A stretch of DNA of 64,000 nt from an uncultured Jannaschia sp. (GTDB lineage Bacteria > Pseudomonadota > Alphaproteobacteria > Rhodobacterales > Rhodobacteraceae): contig NZ_CANNEZ010000003.1 in NCBI RefSeq assembly GCF_947503795.1, positions 150,357 to 214,356 on the forward strand, in the 5' to 3' direction. Both the position numbers and the translations under genes were made by a program. The first letter of the stretch is position 1; each line of letters starts with the position of its first letter. A model generated the notes under the pieces. It was not told the origin of the DNA. It did no database searches and saw only the letters and a list, made by a program, of their open reading frames with translations. Below, piece by piece: positions 47,267 to 56,991 of this stretch.

Positions 47267-47764
47267 TCAGGGGAAGATGTCGATCGGCGTGCCGTTCTGG
47301 ACCATCGCGTAGATCTTCTTCATCTCGCGATTCTTCACGGCGATGCAGCCCGCGGTCCAGTCGTTCGACCGGCCCCGCCGCTTGTCGCCCCAGCCGTGGA
47401 TGAAGATGTCGCCGCCGGGCTTCAGCCCCCGGCTTGACGCGAACTCCCGGTCTTGCTCGTTGGGATAATCGATCCCGATCGAGAGGTAGAATGCGCTGTC
47501 GGGATTGCGCCGGTCGATCATGTAGCGCCCCTCGGGCGTGCGTCCGTCGCCCTCGAACTGCTTGGGGCCCGCGGCGGTGAAGCCCAACTGGATGTCGAAC
47601 GCCTCCAGCAGCTGGTCGTGATGGAAGAGATACATCTTGCGGTTGGTCTTCTGCACCTCGACCCGCGTGACCTGCGGCCCGCGATAGGTGATGAACTTGC
47701 TACAGGCCGTGAGCGGGGCCGACGCGATGAGCGCCAGCGCCAGGCGGCGCGAAAATACGGTCAT
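47267..47764 (-). CDS. L,D-transpeptidase family lipoprotein
   Basis: 165 aa from MTVFSRRLALALIASAPLTAC (lipobox). IFIHGW...TAGCIAV catalytic motif. Confidence 0.85.
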   Translation of the reverse strand: MTVFSRRLALALIASAPLTACSKFITYRGPQVTRVEVQKTNRKMYLFHHDQLLEAFDIQLGFTAAGPKQFEGDGRTPEGRYMIDRRNPDSAFYLSIGIDYPNEQDREFASSRGLKPGGDIFIHGWGDKRRGRSNDWTAGCIAVKNREMKKIYAMVQNGTPIDIFP

Positions 47765-47843
47765 GTCTGCCTGCGACGTGTCATTGCACTGTTCTTGGCG
47801 CGAACCTACCGCAACTTCGCGGCGCGCGAAACGGGGTGCGGCA

Positions 47844-48689
47844 TCATTCCGCGTCGGCGAGCAATGCCGCCAGTCCGGTGCGGTAATCGGGATACAGGAG
47901 CTGCACGCCCAGCGCGTCCTTGATCCGGTCGTTTCGCACCTTCTTCGATTCGGCATAGAAGCTGCGCGCCATCGGCGACATCTCGGCGGTTGCGAAGTCC
48001 TCGGCCGGGGGGACCGGCAGGCCCAGAAGCTCCGCCGCATGGGCGATCACATCCTCGGGCGGTGCCGGGTCGTCATCGCAGAGATTGTAGACCGCGCCGG
48101 GATCGGGCCGCGCGATGCTGGCCGCCAGAACCTGCGCGATGTCGTCGCGATGGATACGGCTGAAGACCTGGCCCGGCTTGACGATCCGCCGTGCCGTGCC
48201 TGCGCGCACCTTGGCGAAGGGTCCGCGTCCCGGTCCGTAGATACCCGCCAGGCGGAACATGTGGGTCGCCGGGCAGATCGCGCGCCAGGCCGCTTCGGCC
48301 GCGACGCGCATCCGACCCCGTTCGGTCGAGGGTGAGAGCGGTGTCGTCTCATCCACCCAAGCCCCAACATGATCGCCATACACGCCAGTCGTCGAAAGGT
48401 ATCCGACCCAATCCATGCGCCCCAAATGCGGCTCTAACACGGGCGAATAGGCGTCCAGTACCGGATCTCGGGCCGATGTCGGCGCCACCGAGGTCAGCAC
48501 ATGGGTCACCTCTGTGATCACATCATCGAGCGGCCCGCCGAAAATCAGCGGTTCGACACCTTCGGCGTGCAAGGCATCCGCCTTATCCGCCGTCCGGGTC
48601 GTCCCTATGATCCGCCAGCCTTTGGCCAGAAGATGCGGCGTCAACGCCCGCGCGGAATACCCGTGCCCGAAGCTCAGGAGCGTCTTCAC
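47844..48689 (-). CDS. NAD(P)-binding SDR/epimerase-like oxidoreductase
   Basis: 281 aa from GTG ([16 protein letters not shown]). The start overlaps the queG stop (GTGA). The upstream part of ORF 47844..49154 overlaps queG. Confidence 0.75.
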   Translation of the reverse strand: MKTLLSFGHGYSARALTPHLLAKGWRIIGTTRTADKADALHAEGVEPLIFGGPLDDVITEVTHVLTSVAPTSARDPVLDAYSPVLEPHLGRMDWVGYLSTTGVYGDHVGAWVDETTPLSPSTERGRMRVAAEAAWRAICPATHMFRLAGIYGPGRGPFAKVRAGTARRIVKPGQVFSRIHRDDIAQVLAASIARPDPGAVYNLCDDDPAPPEDVIAHAAELLGLPVPPAEDFATAEMSPMARSFYAESKKVRNDRIKDALGVQLLYPDYRTGLAALLADAE

Positions 48690-49657
48690 GAGAGCCGCTC
48701 CACCGCCCAGCGGGCCGCATCGGCGACAACCGCGTCGCGATCCTCGCTCAGACCCTGTACAACGGGTTTGAGCCTTTGTTGCTGACCGTTCCCGATCGCG
48801 TAGCAGACATTCCGCACCATCCGGTCCCGCCCGATCCGCTTGATCGGCGACCCCGAGAATCGCGCGCGAAACCCGGCGTCGTCCAGCCTGGCCAATTCGT
48901 CGAGCGGCGGGGCGCGATGCGGTCCGTGATAGCGCAGGTCCGACGCCGTGACAGCGAACTTGTTCCAGGGGCAGACCGCAAGGCAATCGTCGCAGCCATA
49001 GATCCGGTTTCCCATCTTCCCCCTCAACTCCTCGTCCACCGGGCCGCGATGCTCGATCGTCAGGTAGGAAATGCAGCGCCGTGCATCGAGCTGAAATGGC
49101 GCCGGAAACGCATCTGTCGGGCAGATATCCAGACAGGCCCGGCAGGATCCGCAATGCTCCTCCTCCGGCGCGTCGGGCTCCAATTCCAGCGTGGTGAAGA
49201 TCGCGCCGAGAAAGACCCAGTTGCCAAAGTCGCGGCTCAGCAGGTTGGTGTGCTTGCCCTGCCAGCCCAGCCCCGCGGCCTCGGCCAGCGGCTTCTCCAT
49301 CACCGGGGCGGTGTCGACGAAGACCTTCACGGCGCAGTCTGTCTCGGCCACCATCCAGCGCGCGACGCGCTTCAGGGCCTTTTTGACGATATCGTGGTAG
49401 TCCCGCCCTTGGGCATAGACGCTGATTGCCCCGTGTTCGGGACGATTCAGGTCACCGAGAGGGTCGTGGTCAGGCGCGTAGGAATGGGCCAGCATCACCA
49501 CCGACCGCGCCTTCGGCCAGAGCGCGGACGCGTCACCGCGCCAAGCGGTCCGCTCGGTCATCCAATGCATCTGTCCGTGATATCCGGCGTCCAGAAACGC
49601 GGCCAGTCGCGCGCTGGTCTCGGGCACGGCATCGGGCCGCGTCACGCCGAAGGACAC
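48686..49657 (-). CDS. queG: epoxyqueuosine reductase QueG
   Basis: Two 4Fe-4S motifs ([23 protein letters not shown]). The N-terminus is probably longer, with a possible CTG start at 49705 (see findings). Confidence 0.85.
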   Translation of the reverse strand: MSFGVTRPDAVPETSARLAAFLDAGYHGQMHWMTERTAWRGDASALWPKARSVVMLAHSYAPDHDPLGDLNRPEHGAISVYAQGRDYHDIVKKALKRVARWMVAETDCAVKVFVDTAPVMEKPLAEAAGLGWQGKHTNLLSRDFGNWVFLGAIFTTLELEPDAPEEEHCGSCRACLDICPTDAFPAPFQLDARRCISYLTIEHRGPVDEELRGKMGNRIYGCDDCLAVCPWNKFAVTASDLRYHGPHRAPPLDELARLDDAGFRARFSGSPIKRIGRDRMVRNVCYAIGNGQQQRLKPVVQGLSEDRDAVVADAARWAVERLS

Positions 49658-49701
49658 GAAGCCCGCGTCCCGGATCTCGGCGCCGAGGCGGGTGCGGAGG
49701 C

Positions 49702-50367
49702 TCAGAAGTCCAGGTCCGCGTAATGCGCCGCCGGGCGGAATCCCGGCACGACATCGGCCAGGATCGAGCGGAAGGCGGGCCGCGACTTCACCTTCGCATA
49801 CCAGTCACGCACACCTTCGTTCCGGTTCCAGTCGACATCCGAGCTGTAGTCGAGACAGCTCAGATGCGCCGCGGCCGCAAAGTCGGCGAGGCTCATGTCA
49901 GGCCCGGCCAGCCACCGGTTCCGATCCAGCAGCCAGCCCATGTAATCGAGATGGAAGCGGATCGCCTTGACCCCGTTCTTGACGTTCGCGCCGTCGGGAT
50001 AGCCCGCGCGGGTCAGCTTCTTGTTGATCCGCTCGTAGACCAGCTTCGACGTCACCTCGTGGTGGAACTTGTCGTCGAACCACGCGACCAGCCGCCGGAT
50101 CTCGGCCCGCTGCGCCGCGTCGCCGGGCAAGAGGCTCGGGGTGGGAACGGTCTCCTCGAGGTACTCGCAGATCGCGCCGCTGTCGCTGAGCGTGGCACCG
50201 TCGATGCGGAGCACGGGCACCTTGCCGGCGGCGTTGCGGCGCAGGAACTCGGACGACGCCTCCCAGTAGCGCTCCTCGACGAGTTCGACCTCCAGCTTCT
50301 TCTCGGCCAGCACGAGGCGGACCTTCCGGCAGAAGGGCGACAGGGCGAAGTGATAGAGCTGGATCAT
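49702..50367 (-). CDS. glutathione S-transferase
   Basis: 221 aa from [24 protein letters not shown]- and C-terminal domains. Confidence 0.85.
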   Translation of the reverse strand: MIQLYHFALSPFCRKVRLVLAEKKLEVELVEERYWEASSEFLRRNAAGKVPVLRIDGATLSDSGAICEYLEETVPTPSLLPGDAAQRAEIRRLVAWFDDKFHHEVTSKLVYERINKKLTRAGYPDGANVKNGVKAIRFHLDYMGWLLDRNRWLAGPDMSLADFAAAAHLSCLDYSSDVDWNRNEGVRDWYAKVKSRPAFRSILADVVPGFRPAAHYADLDF

Positions 50368-50398
50368 GGCACCCGGATACAGGGGCCGCCGGGACGGC

Positions 50399-51139
50399 TC
50401 AATCCTCGAAACAGGCGGCGCGGCCATCGGCGCGGATGGTCGCCGCCCCATCCGCGACCCGGCGGGCCTTCCGCTGCATCTCCGCCGACGGTCGCGCAGC
50501 ACTCCGGGCCTTGGGATTGGGCAGGATCGCCGCGATCCGCGCGGCCTGCGCCGGCGTCAGGTCGTCGGCATCCACGCCGAACCAATGCCGGGCCGCGGCC
50601 TGCGCGCCGAACACGCCCTCGCCCATCTCGGCCACGTTGAGATAGACCTCGACGATACGCCGCTTGGGCCAGAGCGTCTCCATCACAGGTGTGATCACGG
50701 CTTCCGCCGCCTTTCGCACCCAAGACCGTCCCTGCCAGAGAAACGCGTTCTTCACGACCTGTTGGCTGATGGTCGAGGCGCCGCGATTGGCTCCGGCTTC
50801 GATGGCGCTCCGGATGGCGTTGACGTCGAACCCCCAGTGATCACAGAAATTCGCATCTTCGGCGGCGACCACCGATCGGGCGAGCGACGGGGCGATCGCA
50901 TCGAGATCCCGCCAGTCGCGCGACACGGCGCCCAGTCGCTGCCCTTCGGACCAGATATAGGGCGTCGTCGGCGGGTCGATCCACCGATAGGCCAAAACCC
51001 AGACGAACACGATCACCGCAACGGCCACGACACCGCGCAACAGCCAGCCGATCACACGGCGCAGACCCGACCCGACCCGGGTGCGGATCGTCGGTTTCGC
51101 CTTGCGGGCACGGCTTGATCGGGAGGTTTTCTTCGCCAC
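50399..51139 (-). CDS. mtgA: monofunctional biosynthetic peptidoglycan transglycosylase
   Basis: 246 aa with an N-terminal anchor and the GT51 motifs EDANFCDHWGFD and GASTISQQVVKN. Confidence 0.9.
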   Translation of the reverse strand: MAKKTSRSSRARKAKPTIRTRVGSGLRRVIGWLLRGVVAVAVIVFVWVLAYRWIDPPTTPYIWSEGQRLGAVSRDWRDLDAIAPSLARSVVAAEDANFCDHWGFDVNAIRSAIEAGANRGASTISQQVVKNAFLWQGRSWVRKAAEAVITPVMETLWPKRRIVEVYLNVAEMGEGVFGAQAAARHWFGVDADDLTPAQAARIAAILPNPKARSAARPSAEMQRKARRVADGAATIRADGRAACFED

Positions 51140-51173
51140 GCCCCCTCCAACCGCGTCGCCGGGCGCCGGTCAA

Positions 51174-51205
51174 GGAAAACCCCGCCCGCGGCGTCGCGGA
51201 CGGGG
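51174..51205 (-). terminator. rho-independent terminator downstream of gltB
   Basis: Minus strand reads CCCCGTCCGC-gacgcc-GCGGGCGGGG followed by TTTTCC, about 25 nt after the gltB stop. Confidence 0.65.
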
Positions 51206-51230
51206 TGACTTGAAGGGACGAAGAGCGTCT

Positions 51231-54200
51231 CTATTCCGCGGGGATCGCGCCCGCCTCCTCGGTCAGCGGGGCGGGCAGGTGGATCAGCATCTCCTTGGGG
51301 CAGATCTGCAGGAAGTGCCGCTTCTCGGTCTCCCAGTCCTGCAGGATCGCCCCGGCCTTGCGCGATCCGGTCTCGGCGCGGTGCCGTTCGACGAGACCGC
51401 GCAGCTCCGCCTCCCAATGCGCGACGGTGACGGGACAAGTCACAAGCGTTTCGGGGTTCATCAGGCTCGGGGCGACCCCGTCAGGGTCGTAGAGATACGC
51501 CATCCCACCGGTCATGCCGGCGCCGAAATTGGCGCCGATTTCGCCCAGGATGACGGCCACACCGCCGGTCATGTATTCGCAACCGTTCGAGCCGCAGCCC
51601 TCGATCACGACCTTCGCGCCGGAGTTGCGCACCGCGAACCGCTCGCCTGCCCGGCCCGCGGCGAAGAGATAGCCGTCCGTCGCACCATAAAGGACCGTGT
51701 TCCCGATGATGACATTGGCATCCGCCTTGAGCGGGGAGGCCATCGGCGGACGCACCACGACCGTTCCGCCGGAGAGGCCCTTGCCGACGTAATCGTTGGC
51801 GTCGCCCGAGACCTCGATCTTCATGCCGGGGGCCAGGAATGCGCCGAGCGACTGCCCCGCCGAGCCCTGAAGCTTGACGTGGAGGTGGTCGGGCTGGAGC
51901 CCGTTCCGCATCCCGAACTTCGACACGATATGGCTGGAGGTGCGCGTGCCGACCGTGCGGAGCGTGTTCTGCACCGCGTAGGACAGCTGCATCTTCTCGC
52001 CATCGTCGAGGAAGCGTTGCGCGTCCTGCACGATCTGCGCGTCGAGCGTATCCAACACCGTGTTGCGCGGCTTGGCGCGGTCGTATTCGATCCGGTCCGC
52101 GCCATCGACGGTGATCAGGAGCGGGTTCAGGTCGAGATCGTCCAGATGCGCGGAGCCACGCGAGACCTGCGTCAGAAGGTCCGCGCGCCCGATCACGTCG
52201 TCAAGCGACCGCGCCCCGATCTCGGCCAGGATTTCTCGCACCTCCTGGGCGTAGAAGGTGATCAGGTTCACGACCTTGTCGGCGGTGCCGGTGAACTTGG
52301 CCCGAAGCTCGGGGTTCTGGGTGCAGACGCCGACCGGACAGGTGTTCGACTGGCACTGGCGCACCATGATGCAGCCCATCGCGATCAGCGCGGCGGTGCC
52401 GATGCCGTATTCCTCGGCCCCCATCATCGCGGCCATGACGATGTCTCGCCCCGTGCGCAGCCCGCCATCGGTGCGCAGCGTCACACGGCTCCGCAGGTTG
52501 TTCATCGCCAGCACCTGATGCGCCTCGGTCAGGCCCATCTCCCACGGCAGGCCCGCATATTTGATGCTGGTCGCGGGGCTGGCCCCGGTGCCGCCGTTAT
52601 GCCCAGAGATCAGGATGACGTCGGCCTTGGCCTTGGCCACGCCCGCGGCGATCGTGCCCACGCCCGAGGACGCAACCAGCTTCACGGTCACCTTGGCCCG
52701 CGGGTTGATCTGCTTGAGGTCGTAGATCAGCTGCGCGAGGTCCTCGATCGAATAGATGTCGTGATGCGGCGGCGGCGAAATCAGCGTCACGCCCTTAGTC
52801 GAATGCCGCAGCCGCGCAATCAGGTCGGTGACCTTCATGCCCGGAAGCTGCCCGCCCTCGCCGGGCTTGGCCCCCTGCGCGACCTTGATCTCGAGTTCTT
52901 CACAATGGTTGAGGTACTCGGCCGTCACGCCGAAGCGTCCGGATGCCACCTGCTTGATCTTGGCCGAGGGGTTGTCGCCATTGGGCTCGGGGACGAAATG
53001 CGCCGGATCCTCGCCGCCCTCACCCGAATCCGACTTCGCGCCGATCCGGTTCATCGCCACATTGAGAAGCTTGTGTGCCTCGGGCGAGAGCGCGCCCAGC
53101 GACATGCCCGGCGTCACGAAGCGCTTGCGGATCGAGGTGATGCTCTCGACCTCCTCGATGGGGATCGACTTGCCCATCGGCTTGATCGCCAGCAGGTCGC
53201 GCAGATGGATCGGCGGGTTCGCCTGCATCGCGGCCGAGAACTGCTTCCAGAGCTCGAACGACCCCCGGTCGCAGGCCGCCTGCAGCATGTGCATCGTCTG
53301 CGCTTCCCAGGCGTGCTTCTCGCCCGAACGCCGCGCCTTGTAGAAGCCGCCGATGGGCAGGACGTTGGAGGTGCCCTGCCAGCCCTGCGCATGGACCTGC
53401 TCGGCCTTCCGCTGGAGGCCGGTCGTCCCGATCCCGGAAATCCGGCTCAGCATGCCGGGGAAATACTCGGCCACCATCGCACGGCTGAGACCGACCGCCT
53501 CGAAGTTGAGACCGCCGCGATAGGAGGAGATGACGGAAATCCCCATCTTCGCCATGATCTTGAGGAGGCCCGCGTCGATCGCCGCGCGATACCGGGCGAC
53601 CGCCTCGTCCAACGAGCACTCCAGAAGACCGCGTGAAATGCGATCGGCCAGGCTGTCCTGCGCGAGATAGGCGTTCACAGTGGTCGCGCCGCAGCCGATC
53701 AGCACCGCGAAATAATGCGGGTCGATGCACTCGGCCGAGCGCACGTTGATCGAGCAGAACGTCCGCAGACCCTTTCGCGTCAGCCAGGAATGCACCGCGC
53801 TGGTGGCCAGGATCATCGGCATGGCGACCTTGTCGTCACCTTGGAAGCGGTCGGTCAGGACGATATGGCCCGCACCCGACCGCACGGCATCCTCGGCCTC
53901 GGCCCGAATGCGCTCCAGCCCGTCGCGCAGCGCATTGGGCGCGCCGCCCGCCGGGAAGGTGCAATCGATGGTCGTCACCGAATCCTCGAAATGCTCGAAC
54001 ATCGCCTGGAACTGGGCGTTGCCGACAAAGGGGCTGTCGAGGACGAGGATCTCGGTCTGGCTGCTGTCCTGATCCAGCACGTTCTTGAGATTGCCGAACC
54101 GCGTCTTGAGGCTCATGACGCGGAATTCGCGCAGGCTGTCGATCGGCGGGTTCGTGACCTGGCTGAAGCTCTGACGGAAGAAGTGGCTGAGTGGGCGGTA

Positions 54201-55766
54201 CTTCTCGGAGAGGACCGCCGAGGGCGTGTCGTCACCCATGGACGCCAGCGTCTCCTTGCCGTCTTCGGCCATGGGCGCGAGAATCTGCTCCAGCTCCTCG
54301 ACCGAGTAGCCGGCGGCGACCTGTCGCGTGCGCAGTTCGGCCCCGTCATGGATCGCCGTCTCGGCGATGCCCTTGGTGACCTCCTCCAGATCGGTGATCT
54401 TCTCGACCCACTCCCCGAAGGGCAGCGTTGCGGCCAGCTCGTCCTTCAGCTCCTGATCGTGGAAGAGCTTGCCGGTCGTCATGTCGACCGCGATCATCTG
54501 GCCGGGCCCCAGCGCGCCCTTTTCGATCACCTTGGATTCGTCGACCGGCACCATGCCCGTCTCGGACCCCGCGATCAGGAGGCCGTCGCCCGATACGGTA
54601 TAGCGCATCGGCCGCAGGCCGTTGCGGTCCAGCCCCGCGCAGACCCAGCGGCCGTCGGTCATGGCCAGCGCGGCAGGACCGTCCCACGGCTCCATCACCG
54701 AGTTGCAGTAGGAATACATGTCGCGCCACGCCTGCGGCAGCTCGACCGCTTGTTGCGACCAGCTCTCGGGGACCAGCATCGTCTTGGCCATCGGCGCGTT
54801 GCGGCCTGCGCGCACCAGCACCTCGAACACCGAATCCAGCGCCGCGCTGTCACTGGCGCCCTGCGGCACGATCGGCTTGATGTCGCCTGCATGGTCCCCG
54901 AACGCGCCACCGGCCATCCGGATCTCGTGGGACTTCATCCAGTTGACGTTGCCCTTGAGCGTGTTGATCTCGCCGTTATGGGCGAGCATCCGGAAGGGCT
55001 GCGCCAGCCACCACTGCGGGAAGGTGTTGGTCGAATAGCGCTGGTGATAGATCGCGAAGGCGCTCTCGAACCGCTCGTCCTTGAGGTCGGGATAGAACTC
55101 GGCCACCTGCTCGGCCAGCATCATGCCCTTGTAGATGATCGACCGGCAGGACAGCGACGCGATGTAGAGCCCGCCGATCTGCGACGCGATGGCGGCCTTC
55201 TCGATCCGCCGCCGGATGACATAGAGCTCGCGCTCGAATGTCTCCTCGTCCACGCCCTTGGCGTTCGAGATCAGGATCTGCTCGATCTCGGGCCGGGTGG
55301 CGTTGGCCTTCTCGCCCAGCACCTCGATGTTCACAGGCACGTGCCGCCAGCCGTAGATGTAGTGCCCCATCCGCAGCACTTCGGTCTCGACGATCGTCCG
55401 GCAGGTTTCCTGCGCGCCGAAATCGTTCCGCGGCAGGAAGACCTGGCCCACGGCCAGCGCCTCGTCCCGGACGGTGTGGCCCGTGCGCGCGACCTGCTCG
55501 CCGAAAAACTTGAAGGGAATCTGGACATGGATGCCCGCGCCGTCGCCGGTCTTGCCGTCCGCATCGACCGCGCCGCGGTGCCAGATCGCCTTGAGCGCAT
55601 TGATCCCGGCCTGTACGACCTTGCGGGACTTCTTGCCCTTGATGTCGACAACGAGGCCCACGCCACAAGACGCATGCTCGGACTCTTCGTGATAGAGACT
55701 GGTCTCAGCCGTCTTTGCCCGCCGCGCCAGCTCGTCGCGCTCCCATTCGGTGAACCAATGCGTCAT
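51231..55766 (-). CDS. gltB: glutamate synthase large subunit
   Basis: 1511 aa from MTHWFTEWERDELARRA...EHASCGVGLV (Ntn amidotransferase Cys) with FMN and GXGXG domains. The upstream part of ORF 51231..56168 overlaps the GFA gene. Confidence 0.95.
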   Translation of the reverse strand: MTHWFTEWERDELARRAKTAETSLYHEESEHASCGVGLVVDIKGKKSRKVVQAGINALKAIWHRGAVDADGKTGDGAGIHVQIPFKFFGEQVARTGHTVRDEALAVGQVFLPRNDFGAQETCRTIVETEVLRMGHYIYGWRHVPVNIEVLGEKANATRPEIEQILISNAKGVDEETFERELYVIRRRIEKAAIASQIGGLYIASLSCRSIIYKGMMLAEQVAEFYPDLKDERFESAFAIYHQRYSTNTFPQWWLAQPFRMLAHNGEINTLKGNVNWMKSHEIRMAGGAFGDHAGDIKPIVPQGASDSAALDSVFEVLVRAGRNAPMAKTMLVPESWSQQAVELPQAWRDMYSYCNSVMEPWDGPAALAMTDGRWVCAGLDRNGLRPMRYTVSGDGLLIAGSETGMVPVDESKVIEKGALGPGQMIAVDMTTGKLFHDQELKDELAATLPFGEWVEKITDLEEVTKGIAETAIHDGAELRTRQVAAGYSVEELEQILAPMAEDGKETLASMGDDTPSAVLSEKYRPLSHFFRQSFSQVTNPPIDSLREFRVMSLKTRFGNLKNVLDQDSSQTEILVLDSPFVGNAQFQAMFEHFEDSVTTIDCTFPAGGAPNALRDGLERIRAEAEDAVRSGAGHIVLTDRFQGDDKVAMPMILATSAVHSWLTRKGLRTFCSINVRSAECIDPHYFAVLIGCGATTVNAYLAQDSLADRISRGLLECSLDEAVARYRAAIDAGLLKIMAKMGISVISSYRGGLNFEAVGLSRAMVAEYFPGMLSRISGIGTTGLQRKAEQVHAQGWQGTSNVLPIGGFYKARRSGEKHAWEAQTMHMLQAACDRGSFELWKQFSAAMQANPPIHLRDLLAIKPMGKSIPIEEVESITSIRKRFVTPGMSLGALSPEAHKLLNVAMNRIGAKSDSGEGGEDPAHFVPEPNGDNPSAKIKQVASGRFGVTAEYLNHCEELEIKVAQGAKPGEGGQLPGMKVTDLIARLRHSTKGVTLISPPPHHDIYSIEDLAQLIYDLKQINPRAKVTVKLVASSGVGTIAAGVAKAKADVILISGHNGGTGASPATSIKYAGLPWEMGLTEAHQVLAMNNLRSRVTLRTDGGLRTGRDIVMAAMMGAEEYGIGTAALIAMGCIMVRQCQSNTCPVGVCTQNPELRAKFTGTADKVVNLITFYAQEVREILAEIGARSLDDVIGRADLLTQVSRGSAHLDDLDLNPLLITVDGADRIEYDRAKPRNTVLDTLDAQIVQDAQRFLDDGEKMQLSYAVQNTLRTVGTRTSSHIVSKFGMRNGLQPDHLHVKLQGSAGQSLGAFLAPGMKIEVSGDANDYVGKGLSGGTVVVRPPMASPLKADANVIIGNTVLYGATDGYLFAAGRAGERFAVRNSGAKVVIEGCGSNGCEYMTGGVAVILGEIGANFGAGMTGGMAYLYDPDGVAPSLMNPETLVTCPVTVAHWEAELRGLVERHRAETGSRKAGAILQDWETEKRHFLQICPKEMLIHLPAPLTEEAGAIPAE

Positions 55767-56224
55767 GGGTCGTCTCCTTCGACGAAAAGCGAACGGGCCT
55801 CGTATTCGGCGCGCGTCGCGGTTGCATGGTCGCCGGCGAGCCGCGCATAGGCGGGCGCCCGGTCGATATAGATCTCGGAGATCAGCGGGAAATCGGCGGC
55901 GGCCGCGAAGACCCCCGGCGCGAATTCGTATTCCGCATCCCCGTCGGTGTCGCGGAACCACAGATGGCTGCCGCAGGTCGGACAGAAGGCCCTCTCGGCA
56001 AATTTCGAGGAGGCATAGGTCGCGACGGCCCCGGTCACGGTGACGCCTGCGGGATCGGCGGCGAACCCGCCCTGTACCACGCCGGACCAGCGCCGGCACA
56101 TCGCGCAATGACACGCACCGACAGCCGCGACATGGGGGCCGTCCACGGTGATCTGCACGTCGCCGCACAGGCAGCGTCCGTCCAGACGGCCGACCCGGCG
56201 ATAGGGGGTGACATCGACGCTCAT
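55763..56224 (-). CDS. GFA (glutathione-dependent formaldehyde-activating/CENP-V) family protein
   Basis: 153 aa with the Cys pattern CLCGDV...CHCAMCRRWSG...CPTCGSHLW typical of GFA. ATGA overlaps occur at both ends. Confidence 0.8.
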   Translation of the reverse strand: MSVDVTPYRRVGRLDGRCLCGDVQITVDGPHVAAVGACHCAMCRRWSGVVQGGFAADPAGVTVTGAVATYASSKFAERAFCPTCGSHLWFRDTDGDAEYEFAPGVFAAAADFPLISEIYIDRAPAYARLAGDHATATRAEYEARSLFVEGDDP

Positions 56225-56988
56225 GCCGTCAGTTCCCTTGAATAGCGTCTGAAAAACGTCGTGACGCGCTTGGTCCGGCCCAACACGATGGCTGTGATCA
56301 CATTGCTCAGATGACCCGCGGCCTTGAGGCGGCCGGCCACGTTATGCGCCCGTCCGGGGAGGACGAAGCGGTGCAGCCGTTCGTGCTCGGGGAGCAGGTC
56401 GAGATGCGCCATATCCGCCTCGCAGCCCTTCGCCGCGGCGACGTAGAATTCCGCATCGACCGCGCCCACGAGGTCGGCGGTGGACCGGATCGGCAGGGGG
56501 CCGAAGGTGGCGGCGACGTCGGGCCAGCGCACGTCCCGCAGGATGCCAGGGTCCATCGAGACCTGCGGCGAGAATGCGATGGCGCGCCGGACCGGCAGGT
56601 CGCGCGTCGCCAGCATGGCCCCGAAGCCGCCCATCGAGTTGCCCAGCGTCACCAGCTCGGTCGTCTTCTCGACTGCCATCACGTCGCTGACCAATCGAAC
56701 GATCCGGTCCCAGAGGCCCGGCGCGGCGTACCAGCTCTGGCGGCGATCGGTGACGAAGAGGACGTCGTTCGCACCACCGCCCGACGCGCTGGCCGCGAAT
56801 TCGTCGAGCTGCGCGCCGCCGAACCCCGCGCCGATGCCCGTGAACACGACGACAAGACGGCCCGAGATCCCCTTTAGGAACCGGACGTGCAGATCGTCGT
56901 CGCGCAGGACGTCTTCGATGGGCAGGGTCATGGGCGTGACCTCAGCGCCGACGGCCGACGATCGGACCACGCCGAATGGAACATTCAC
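56221..56988 (-). CDS. alpha/beta-hydrolase-like protein, unknown function
   Basis: 255 aa (GTG 56988; alternative ATG 56931). GNSMGG nucleophile-elbow motif. No specific family recognised. Confidence 0.65.
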   Translation of the reverse strand: MNVPFGVVRSSAVGAEVTPMTLPIEDVLRDDDLHVRFLKGISGRLVVVFTGIGAGFGGAQLDEFAASASGGGANDVLFVTDRRQSWYAAPGLWDRIVRLVSDVMAVEKTTELVTLGNSMGGFGAMLATRDLPVRRAIAFSPQVSMDPGILRDVRWPDVAATFGPLPIRSTADLVGAVDAEFYVAAAKGCEADMAHLDLLPEHERLHRFVLPGRAHNVAGRLKAAGHLSNVITAIVLGRTKRVTTFFRRYSRELTA

Positions 56989-56991
56989 CGT

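Noticed and set aside
51081-55850. Two long plus-strand ORFs (51081..53636 and 53715..55850) opposite gltB
   Set aside because: gltB on the minus strand is unambiguous (Ntn-Cys, FMN and GXGXG domains over 1511 aa). The plus-strand frames are compositional artefacts.
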